Of a stretch of DNA of 64,000 nt, positions 56,362-64,000 are shown one piece after another. A program made the translations under genes and the position numbers. Position 1 is the stretch's first letter, and every line of letters starts with the position of its first letter. The notes under the pieces were generated by a model that made no database searches, was not told the DNA's origin, and worked only from the letters and a program-made list of their open reading frames with translations. This DNA is from Candidatus Saccharimonadota bacterium (GTDB taxonomy: Bacteria; Patescibacteriota; Saccharimonadia; Saccharimonadales; UBA10212), in the NCBI GenBank assembly GCA_013815775.1, contig JACDFN010000002.1, forward strand, positions 717-64,716, written 5' to 3'.

Positions 56362-56892
56362 CTATATTAGTATATAAAACCAAATTAAAACTAAGCTTAT
56401 TGCCCCTATTAGCCATCCGACTAATACATCTGACGGGTAATGAGCGCCTAAGTAAACCCTAGAAACTCCTACCAAAACTATTAATAGTCCAAACAGGCAA
56501 CTAAGGATTAAGCTAAAGGGCAATGCTAATTTTTGTATGGCAAAGTATGTTAATAGACTGTACGTTAACATTGCTCCAAAAGCATGCCCACTTGGAAAGC
56601 TGTAAGTTTTAAATCTCATCCTTTTTACATATAACGTATTTGGTCTGGTCCGGCGTGTAAACTGTTTTAAGATGCCATTTAACCCAGAAGCGATAATTGT
56701 AGCCAGAAGAGCCCAGCTAGCCTCCTTGAAGCCTAATCGGTAGGCAGTAAGACTACCATATGTAGCAATCAGCGTAACTACTACTGGATCCCCCACAAGC
56801 GTAACGGCGTTCATGATAGGTTTCCACCAGCTTGGCCAATTTTGGAGGGATTTGCCAATGTATGCATCTAATCGACGTACAGAATACTTCAT
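56362..56892 (-). CDS. PAP2-family lipid phosphatase (BcrC/PgpB-like, possible undecaprenyl-diphosphatase)
   Basis: KQFTRRTRP, SFPSGHA and SRVYLGAHYPSDV (the three PAP2 motifs), with about 5 TM helices. Confidence 0.85.
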   Translation of the reverse strand: MKYSVRRLDAYIGKSLQNWPSWWKPIMNAVTLVGDPVVVTLIATYGSLTAYRLGFKEASWALLATIIASGLNGILKQFTRRTRPNTLYVKRMRFKTYSFPSGHAFGAMLTYSLLTYFAIQKLALPFSLILSCLFGLLIVLVGVSRVYLGAHYPSDVLVGWLIGAISLVLIWFYILI

Positions 56893-56920
56893 GTCTTAAT
56901 AGCATTATATATGGGTCATC

Positions 56921-58360
56921 CTAAGAATTAGCCATAATTTGGAGTTGAGAAGTACTTATCGGCCTAATCTTAAGAAGATGCATCTTATTTTTTAAGTGAG
57001 CACTGAGAATCTTATAAGTATCTATATCAAAAGCTCGGTCATATAGGCTTATAGAAGGGGAGCATTCTTCATCCTGGGTAATATCGGCAATTACGCACCA
57101 CTGGTCGACAACAATTGCCTTAGGAGTATCTGGTCCTACAGGATTCTTCTCTTCGATTAAAATCGGTGAACTAAAGGGCCAGCTCTCAATTCGTTTTTCG
57201 GCAAAGTAGTCTATTATGCGTGCATTGTATCTCTGAGGTGCTTCTTGGCCTATGCATGCTCCATCACACTTTCTCAGTTGAAACAAAAAGCAGCTTCCAC
57301 TATTTTTTTCAAAGCCCATAAGCTTAGGGCATAATCGACTATCTTTAATAGCTTGATTTAGGCTTTCCTTGGCTCTACCCTTATTACTATAGACCGCTAA
57401 TATATCCTCCGTGCTACCCGGTTGTATTTTGCTTATATCATCTATGGAAATATTTATATATCCTCGGGAATCTTTGCTCTGCCGTGCAAGGGTCATTGTC
57501 TTAGTTGCTCGAAGTCTACGGTTATAGAGTGGCTGCATTTCCTTAATGAGCTTCGATTCAAGGAGCAGAGCCTCTAGCTCGCCACCTGTCGGCCGTACAT
57601 TAATACGAGAAATCAATTGGCTGATTTTAAACTCAGTTGCAACAGCATGGTCATTGCGAAAGTGGGACAAAATCCTCTTCTTTATATTTACGCTTTTTCC
57701 TACGTAGAGCGGACTACCATTTTCGTCTTCAAATATATAAACTCCATGGTCTTGGGGTAGGGAATCAACTACTGTCTGGCTTAGACCTTTGGGCAAGGTC
57801 GGTTTTTTGAGTTGTGATGTTATCGCGGAATCAACTACATTGTCAGAGAATTTTTTTCGTGCGTGCTCAACGAATCTTAATACAGCATAGGCATCATCAT
57901 AGGCTCGGTGGCGGTTTTTTACTTTTATATCGCAACGTCCTATGATGCTGTCTAATTTATGACTTTGCTGTTGAGGATAGAGAGCCTGAGATAATTTTAC
58001 GGTGCATAGCATCCGTGGATTAAATTTTTTACCCACCCTAGCAAACTCTTGTTTTAAGAATGAATAATCAAAACGGACGCTATGTGCTATAAAAATCGCC
58101 CCTTCTAAGAACCTATAAAGATCATCGGCTATATCTGCGAAACATGGAGCGCTGTCCAGGTCCTTGGAAGTTATTCCAGTAAGTTTTGTTATAAATGCTG
58201 GTATTTGGGTTTGGGGATTGACTATACTGCTATATGATTGAATCTCAGACCAGCTGGCCTCAACCCTTATAGCGGCGACTTCAATAACACGCCCCCTTTT
58301 GTAACCTAACCCATTGGTCTCAATATCAACAAAAACCACTGATTCGTCTAACACGCTCAT
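56921..58360 (-). CDS. Fusion of a DnaQ-like DEDD 3'-5' exonuclease with a GIY-YIG (UvrC/Cho-like) nuclease domain
   Basis: VFVDIETNG (Exo I), AHSVRFDYSFL (Exo II) and HRAYDDAYA (Exo III), followed by GVYIFEDENGSPLYVGKSVNIKKRILSHF (GIY-YIG). Confidence 0.85.
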   Translation of the reverse strand: MSVLDESVVFVDIETNGLGYKRGRVIEVAAIRVEASWSEIQSYSSIVNPQTQIPAFITKLTGITSKDLDSAPCFADIADDLYRFLEGAIFIAHSVRFDYSFLKQEFARVGKKFNPRMLCTVKLSQALYPQQQSHKLDSIIGRCDIKVKNRHRAYDDAYAVLRFVEHARKKFSDNVVDSAITSQLKKPTLPKGLSQTVVDSLPQDHGVYIFEDENGSPLYVGKSVNIKKRILSHFRNDHAVATEFKISQLISRINVRPTGGELEALLLESKLIKEMQPLYNRRLRATKTMTLARQSKDSRGYINISIDDISKIQPGSTEDILAVYSNKGRAKESLNQAIKDSRLCPKLMGFEKNSGSCFLFQLRKCDGACIGQEAPQRYNARIIDYFAEKRIESWPFSSPILIEEKNPVGPDTPKAIVVDQWCVIADITQDEECSPSISLYDRAFDIDTYKILSAHLKNKMHLLKIRPISTSQLQIMANS

Positions 58361-58461
58361 CCTTAATCTATTATACCGCTTATTTAATATCTGCGTGACT
58401 AAGGTGAGTTCAAGAAAAAAAACTAGATTTTTCAGATACTCTACTTATATAATTAGGACCA

Positions 58462-59391
58462 ATGATTAAAACCGTAAATCTTAACAAAAACTTTAGAACT
58501 AAACTGAAAAAGCAAACTGCCGTAAATAATCTGTCTTTTGAGGTTGAAACGGGGAAGGTTACCGGTTTTTTAGGGCCAAACGGAGCAGGAAAGTCTACAA
58601 CCATGAGATTAATGCTTGGTTTGGATATTGGAAAAGGCACCACCACCTACGATGGGAAGAAGCTGCGAGAGTACAGTAGGCCTTCAAAAGTTGTGGGAAT
58701 TTTACTGGAAGCAAAGGCCTTTCATCCTACTCGGACGGCAAAGAACCACTTAAAAGTCTTGGCGGCCGGGAGCAATATATCAAACTCCCGCGTCGATGAG
58801 GTGCTGGATATAGTCGGCCTTAAAGACGTGGCTAAGAAAAAGCCGGGTAAGTTTTCGTTGGGAATGTCACAGCGTCTGGGTATAGCGGCGGCTATACTGG
58901 GCCAGCCTAAATATCTTATACTCGATGAACCGGCTAACGGGTTAGACCCGGAGGGCATAGCCTGGCTGAGGGAATTTATAAGAGATTATGCCATGGAAGG
59001 GAATGGGGTATTGATCTCAAGCCACCTTCTAAGTGAGATGTCGCAGATGGCGGATAATGTAATAGTTATTGGCAAAGGTAAGATGATTACCAGTACCTCG
59101 GTTGATAAGTTACTCTCAAAAAGCGCCGGAAGTGGTGTTTTTGTGCGTTCCAGTAATATTTCCGCTCTCCAAACAGTGCTTAGAAAGGCCGGACATGAAT
59201 CTAAACAATCTGACAACGGCTTAGAAATAGCGGGCTCAACTACGGACGAAATTGGCAAGCTAGCCCATAGGGCCGGTGTGACTGTGTTTGAACTCTCACG
59301 CCACGGCGGATCTTTGGAAGAAGCATTCTTGGAACTTACGGAAGGGACTGAAGAATTTCAAGCCAAATTGGGAGGTAAGATTAAAAAATGA
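58462..59391 (+). CDS. ABC transporter ATP-binding protein (ABC-2/DrrA-BcrA-like)
   Basis: GPNGAGKSTT, FSLGMSQRLGIAAA and LILDEPANGLD. Confidence 0.9.
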   Translation: MIKTVNLNKNFRTKLKKQTAVNNLSFEVETGKVTGFLGPNGAGKSTTMRLMLGLDIGKGTTTYDGKKLREYSRPSKVVGILLEAKAFHPTRTAKNHLKVLAAGSNISNSRVDEVLDIVGLKDVAKKKPGKFSLGMSQRLGIAAAILGQPKYLILDEPANGLDPEGIAWLREFIRDYAMEGNGVLISSHLLSEMSQMADNVIVIGKGKMITSTSVDKLLSKSAGSGVFVRSSNISALQTVLRKAGHESKQSDNGLEIAGSTTDEIGKLAHRAGVTVFELSRHGGSLEEAFLELTEGTEEFQAKLGGKIKK

Positions 59392-60260
59392 TTCCTCAAC
59401 TAAAAGCCGAATTTAAGAAACTCCTTAGCGTCCGGTCAACCCTAATCGTTAGCCTGCTAATAATATTTTTAACTCTTCTATTTACTTACCTAAACACCTC
59501 TAAAGTATATGACGAAGCCTTAGATCATCCAGCCCCAAGCCAATCGACCGAGGAGAGGTCGGGAGCCCCTGGTGCCAGTGACAAAAACCAACAGCAGAAC
59601 CAAGTTGTTCAACAGCCAAAACTGACCAATAATCTTCCTGCGAATAAAGTCCTATTAAATCTTCAAGATAGCCTTTACCCTACATCGCTACTCATAACTA
59701 TAGTAGTGATTTTACTTATGGCTCATGAGTTTAGGTATAACACCATAACCTATACCCTAACTTCTTCTAACAGCCGCACACGGGTCCTGGTGGCAAAAAT
59801 TATTGTAGGTACAATATATGCGACAATAATGACCATTATAGCCATATCTGCTACTGTGGCCGCTACGTACTTTGCTATAAATATCAGGGGATTAAATTTG
59901 CCGCAACAGAATATCGATTGGATTTACATAGGCGGCCGTTTAGTAGGCTACAGCCTTGGCTTCGCCCTATTAGGACTAGCAGCAATAACGTTACTCAGAA
60001 ATCAAGTAGCCGGAATTGTTGCTGTTTTTTTGCTTCCGACACTTGATGCTATCGGGGCAGGTATCCTTACGAGTAAAAGTATAGAACCTGCTAAATATCT
60101 GCCGTTTTCGGCACTGACAAAGTTTGGAAATATCGTAGATAATGGGTCAGATAGTGTCTCGACTACTTCAATCACTAGGGCGGGGATAGTATTTGTCATT
60201 TACTTAGTTGTAGTATGGCTAGTAACTTGGTATTTGTTTTTGAAGCGGGACGCAACTTAA
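59388..60260 (+). CDS. ABC-2 family transporter permease
   Basis: Has a 4-nt overlap with the ATPase gene. TM1, a polar loop, then about 5 TM helices. Confidence 0.75.
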   Translation: MIPQLKAEFKKLLSVRSTLIVSLLIIFLTLLFTYLNTSKVYDEALDHPAPSQSTEERSGAPGASDKNQQQNQVVQQPKLTNNLPANKVLLNLQDSLYPTSLLITIVVILLMAHEFRYNTITYTLTSSNSRTRVLVAKIIVGTIYATIMTIIAISATVAATYFAINIRGLNLPQQNIDWIYIGGRLVGYSLGFALLGLAAITLLRNQVAGIVAVFLLPTLDAIGAGILTSKSIEPAKYLPFSALTKFGNIVDNGSDSVSTTSITRAGIVFVIYLVVVWLVTWYLFLKRDAT

Positions 60261-60991
60261 TTCCTCAAGAGCAGGGGAGGCAGAGTTCAATCCCTACGAG
60301 CTTTTTATCTTTAGAGCTCTTAACTGGAGCAAAAGAAGAGTCAGCAATTAGGACGAAAGAACAAACAGAAACTAAGCTCCCTATTCTCTTCTGCTGTTCG
60401 TATTTTGTTCATTTTATAAATAGACTAATAGTAAAAGGGAAATAAGTATACTGCTACAATTCTATCAAAAGTCAAATATGTCTGAAAATAGAGAAGGTAA
60501 GTAAAAACATATGAAGATATGAAACAGCTAAAAATCAAATAGCGACATAGCTAACTGTGGAAAACTATATACTTTTCACGGAGCTATGATTAAATGCAAG
60601 AACAGCAGTAGATAACCAATGTATAAACGGATGAGTAGTCATTCGTAGAACACTGGATGCGGCCTTAACAGCATAACGCGTAAAAACTCCCCTGTTAGAG
60701 GAGTCCTATTAGTCATCTAGTTAAAGCATATATGTAGTCGCAAAATATACATTGTGCGACATAGTCTTACCTTCCTTTTAGCTTCCTATTTATAACCCCC
60801 CGCCGTTTTATTCATAGATTTTATATAATTTTTTTGTTTTGTTATTATTTTCTTCTGCTTTCCTGCTCGCTTGATTTTAATTCTTTTGAATCATCATGTT
60901 GCTTCGATCTAGCTAAGCCCAATATACTTGTTCGTAAAATGTTCACATTTACGCAAAACCAATTTAGTGATGTTTATTTGAGCTACGAAGA

Positions 60992-63715
60992 CTACCTGAG
61001 TTTAATAACAGTTTCTTCTGAGTCAGAGACTCTAGGGCTGTTGTTTACTCTACCGGACTGCTGAGCAGCAATCTGCGATGCATTATTACTTACACTGTTT
61101 TTTCGGCGTCTCCGGCGCTTTTTAGAACGAGTTTCTCCTGTTTGAGCGTGTTGAGGAGCATCTTGCGGCGCTATTTGCCCCCCTGTTGCGTTCCTTAATA
61201 GACTAGATGCAACTTTACCAATGTTCTCAATGGGTACCGGTTTCAAAGGCTTAGGGGGCTGAGAGTCCGGGTGTTTCGCCGTAACAGAATTATTTGATAT
61301 TTCATTGACCTTGTTTAGCTGAGCCTGAGCCTGCGGCCTATTTAATTGCTGCGGCTTATCTTCTGCTCTACGTGGAGCGGCAATTAGCAGTCCTGCTGCT
61401 TCCATTACTCTAGCTTCTACCTGTGACCGCTCTTTACTGTAGCGTTGTCTTGACAACTCGATGATTTGAGATGTAGGGTCGGCTGGGGGCGTGGGTAGAT
61501 TTAGGGTTTTCGCAGAAAAAGGCGCTGCTTTCTCGCCGTCAATACTCATAGTAATCATAAAGTACCTATTATGCTGCTGAATTAAATCACCTGACTCAAA
61601 TTGAGGTTCGAAATATTTAGTTAAAAACGGAGCATCGTCGGGGCTTACCCTAAAACTCATGATAGTACCTACGTTCCCAAATACGGCGTCTCGAACTGGC
61701 TGGCTCATCTGGGATATGTACTGATTGGCGACGGTGAGGTTTAGGGCATATTTACGAGCTTCACTTAATATAACTGCAAATGAATCAGTTGCGAAGTTTT
61801 GGAATTCATCAACGTACAGGTAAAACGGCCTGCGCTCTTTTTCAGGCATATCGGCTCGTCCCATGGCTGCTAGCTGAATCTTAGTTACCATCATGGCACC
61901 TAAGATTCCGGCATTGTCCTCCCCCATCAGTCCTCGACTAAGGTTAACTATCAAAATTTTACCCTCATCCATGATCTTGCGTATGTTAAAGGTGCTTTTG
62001 GGCTGGCCGATTATATTACGAACCATGGGGTTTGCCGTAAATGCCCCTACTTTATTGAGTACTGGCGCTACGGCCTCCGTGGCAAACTTATCATTCCAAC
62101 TAGCAAACTCATTCACCCAAAAACCTTTAACTACTGGGTCGTCAATATAATTTACAACATCCTGACGGAACTTCTTTTCTGTTAGCATCCGAGTAATATC
62201 GAGCATCGTTGAGTTTGGATAATCTAAAAGCGCCAGAAGTGTGTAACGTAATATATACTCCAGCCGTGGTCCCCAGCTTTCAGAAAATAGTCTTTTTAGA
62301 ACCCCCACCAGTTCTGAGCTTATGTGGCCCTTGAGGGCAGGATCGGTTACTTCCAAGGGGTTAAACCCTATTGGGTAAGCCGTATCGGCGGGGTTGAAGT
62401 AGACTACGTCATCAATCCGTCGCTGAGGAATAAACTTTAATACGTTCTGGGCATAATCTCCGTGCGGATCTATAACTGCAAAACCCTGATTGTAGTAAAT
62501 ATCCGATAGTGTCAAAAGTTCTAGTGCTCCTGATTTACCGGTACCTGTTTGGCCCAAAATGTACATATGCCGCCCCCGATCGCGCCTGTACATACCAAAA
62601 AGTTTATTATCACCGCGAAAATTGGTTACTCCAAAAAGACTGATATCGGTTTCTTTACTAGCTTCTTGTACCGGTAAGTTTGAGGGTGGCTCAGCAGTCT
62701 TCGTAGTTGCCCAAACTATATTGGGGGTCTCTACAGTAGTGTGCGGTAGGTGAAAAAGACTTGCTAGCTCCTCGATGTTTAAGATGAAGCCATTGTCTAT
62801 AAAAAAACGGGTCTGGTACTCTAACTGCTTGTCGCGGTTAAAAGTTGCACCCTTAGTTACGAAGCCGTTTAAATTAGTAGTATTAAACTGCTTGAATGCT
62901 CCTACCAGTGCCTGCATTCTTAACTGGGCTGTGTGTTGGTCGTGGCCGGCAAATAAAATCCTAATCTTTACTTGATAACCTAGTTTCTTTGACTTCTCTT
63001 CTATTGCTGAAATACGAGTTTTGTCTCGTTCCGATAATTCTGGCTCTTTTTTACCGCCTTCACCACCTGAAGAACTAGGCGGGCGAGCCAGAGCCGCAAA
63101 AACATCAGCAGCATAGCCTAAGGCCGCCCCGCTCCCTCCACCGAATAATCCACCACCACTCTTAATCCGGTTAATCGTTCGTTGGCCTCTTTTGTGCCAG
63201 TCATCTGGTATTGGTCTGGCCATAATTTGAATCCACATCTCTTCATCTTCTTTATCAAGTTTTGCTAACGTAGCTGTTATAGCAGCAAGTGGGTCAACCT
63301 CAAAACTTGGGAAGGTTTTGATGGGCAGCGTTTCGTTATCGGTAAGATTAAGTTCGGTACTGTGGATTACTGTTTGATGCATCCGACGATCGGCATAATC
63401 CTCTTCCTGCTCGTAAATTTGAACTGTCGGGTATTGAGCATAGATTTGGCCTTCTACGAATGCCTGAAGTTGCTTAGGCATCCACATATAAAAACGTATT
63501 CGCTGGCCTATAGCAGCAATTTCCAGGCTGATATGCTCCTGTAATTCGCCTGAGCTTCGTAACTCACGCTTAGACCTCAAAATACCGTGCAGCGCCGCTA
63601 ACATCTGCTCAGCTGCCAGTTCTTTTTTATCATTTGTCCGGGGTATCTCAAGCATTAAAAGGCAGTGTTCATGCCCCGATTCAACTTTGCGGGATTCTTT
63701 CCCGAATAATTTCAT
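60992..63715 (-). CDS. TraD/TraG/VirD4-family (type IV coupling-protein-like) P-loop ATPase, 907 aa, with no TM helix seen
   Basis: Walker A GQTGTGKSGA, AVIDPHGDY, Walker B FYLYVDEFQNF, and KYALNLTVANQYISQM. The N-terminal domain of about 350 aa is uncharacterised. Also has a Gly-rich linker and a low-complexity basic tail of about 190 aa (KKRRRRRKNS). Confidence 0.8.
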   Translation of the reverse strand: MKLFGKESRKVESGHEHCLLMLEIPRTNDKKELAAEQMLAALHGILRSKRELRSSGELQEHISLEIAAIGQRIRFYMWMPKQLQAFVEGQIYAQYPTVQIYEQEEDYADRRMHQTVIHSTELNLTDNETLPIKTFPSFEVDPLAAITATLAKLDKEDEEMWIQIMARPIPDDWHKRGQRTINRIKSGGGLFGGGSGAALGYAADVFAALARPPSSSGGEGGKKEPELSERDKTRISAIEEKSKKLGYQVKIRILFAGHDQHTAQLRMQALVGAFKQFNTTNLNGFVTKGATFNRDKQLEYQTRFFIDNGFILNIEELASLFHLPHTTVETPNIVWATTKTAEPPSNLPVQEASKETDISLFGVTNFRGDNKLFGMYRRDRGRHMYILGQTGTGKSGALELLTLSDIYYNQGFAVIDPHGDYAQNVLKFIPQRRIDDVVYFNPADTAYPIGFNPLEVTDPALKGHISSELVGVLKRLFSESWGPRLEYILRYTLLALLDYPNSTMLDITRMLTEKKFRQDVVNYIDDPVVKGFWVNEFASWNDKFATEAVAPVLNKVGAFTANPMVRNIIGQPKSTFNIRKIMDEGKILIVNLSRGLMGEDNAGILGAMMVTKIQLAAMGRADMPEKERRPFYLYVDEFQNFATDSFAVILSEARKYALNLTVANQYISQMSQPVRDAVFGNVGTIMSFRVSPDDAPFLTKYFEPQFESGDLIQQHNRYFMITMSIDGEKAAPFSAKTLNLPTPPADPTSQIIELSRQRYSKERSQVEARVMEAAGLLIAAPRRAEDKPQQLNRPQAQAQLNKVNEISNNSVTAKHPDSQPPKPLKPVPIENIGKVASSLLRNATGGQIAPQDAPQHAQTGETRSKKRRRRRKNSVSNNASQIAAQQSGRVNNSPRVSDSEETVIKLR

Positions 63716-63735
63716 AAGTGTTTTAATCCACTATT

Positions 63736-63743
63736 ATTATACA
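63736..63743 (-). promoter_or_regulatory. Extended -10 element TGTATAAT upstream of the ATPase gene
   Basis: The minus strand reads TGTATAAT, then 20 nt, then ATG 63715. Confidence 0.35.
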
Positions 63744-63799
63744 TGCAAAGACTACCTCGACGGGAGTTAGCTTAAGCATATTTTTTAACTGTCTATCCT

Positions 63800-64000
63800 C
63801 TACTCTACTAGGGAATAAGTAGCTTTTGCTACCCGCTTGAACTGAGTCTTGCCTTGAAGATTAAGCAGAATAGTTGTTTCCTTAACGTGGCGGCTCTTAA
63901 GTACGCGCCGAACGATTTCATCACGGTGCAATGCCCCGCCCTCCTTCACTAGCACTTCGGCTATAACGTCGGCAACGGTACCTTTTTTGTAGCCCCATTC
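63800..64000 (-). CDS. HARE-HTH domain protein, C-terminal fragment (5' end beyond the window)
   Basis: The minus frame is open to the window edge: EWGYKKGTVADVIAEVLVKEGGALHRDEIVRRVLKSRHVKETTILLNLQGKTQFKRVAKATYSLVE then stop. The pattern matches HARE-HTH, a winged helix that ends in Y-x-L. Confidence 0.6.
   Translation of the reverse strand, partial: EWGYKKGTVADVIAEVLVKEGGALHRDEIVRRVLKSRHVKETTILLNLQGKTQFKRVAKATYSLVE

Noticed and set aside
60268-60300. A tRNA 3' fragment or att site (GGCAGAGTTCAATCCCTACGAGC resembles a T-loop).
   Set aside because: The flanking bases cannot form a 5-bp T stem in any register, and no acceptor or anticodon arm is present. I mention it only as a weak hint in the spacer finding.
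60834-61064. A 76-aa plus-strand ORF at the 3' end of the TraD-like gene.
   Set aside because: It starts in T-rich non-coding DNA at a TTG, runs antisense into the ATPase gene and gives a Phe, Leu and Ser-rich low-complexity translation.
1-64000. Alternative genetic code (UGA as a sense codon, as in Gracilibacteria/SR1).
   Set aside because: Many conserved genes end at TGA at the expected length, including rseP, mraZ and xseB. A full RF2 with the SPF motif is encoded. No conserved protein needs TGA read-through.
1-64000. CRISPR arrays, IS elements, integrases, and rRNA or tRNA genes.
   Set aside because: Reading the intergenic regions revealed no spaced direct repeats, no transposase or recombinase motifs, and no cloverleaf or rRNA-like sequence.

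Overview
The window is a gene-dense, mostly plus-strand stretch of a small, moderately AT-rich bacterial chromosome. Its content is almost all housekeeping. It includes parAB and the translation factors prfA, prfB, tsf, frr and greA. It includes ribosomal proteins S2, L27 and L31. It includes ProRS, SerRS, GlyRS and a class I LysRS. It also includes secA, envelope proteases, FtsEX with a coiled-coil CHAP hydrolase, and a shortened dcw cluster (mraZ-rsmH-ftsL-ftsI-mraY-ftsW-murG-ftsQ). No biosynthetic operons are present. This profile suggests a reduced-genome CPR/Patescibacteria organism, possibly Saccharibacteria, but that is inference only. TGA is used as a stop codon and both RF1 and RF2 are present, so the genetic code is standard. 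I found no rRNA, tRNA, CRISPR array, transposase or integrase.

The most interesting items are these:
1. 20165-20986 encodes a heliorhodopsin-family 7TM protein. The retinal Schiff-base lysine and the counterion glutamate are both serine. A Cys-cluster PD-(D/E)XK nuclease gene follows it.
2. 9654-10374 is a GC-rich insert where pyrH normally sits between tsf and frr. It carries three tandem, translationally coupled hydrophobic micro-ORFs on the opposite strand.
3. 39411-40602 pairs a histidine-kinase-like protein that lacks the phospho-acceptor His with an intact single-domain receiver.
4. 42988-46966 is a decaying or accessory patch. It holds a VOC gene frameshifted in an A8 run, a DUF1761 gene with an in-frame TAG, and a 497-aa low-GC orphan.
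5. Four phased GTGGGTA boxes sit on the mraZ promoter, and an unexplained 0.5 kb A/C-rich spacer lies inside the dcw operon.
6. At least 11 genes have a -10 hexamer 7-10 nt upstream of the ATG, which suggests leaderless mRNAs.
7. 60992-64000 encodes a soluble TraD/VirD4-like ATPase next to a HARE-HTH gene, bordered by 730 bp of AT-rich non-coding DNA.

All calls rest on reading the sequence and recalling family motifs. No searches were run.
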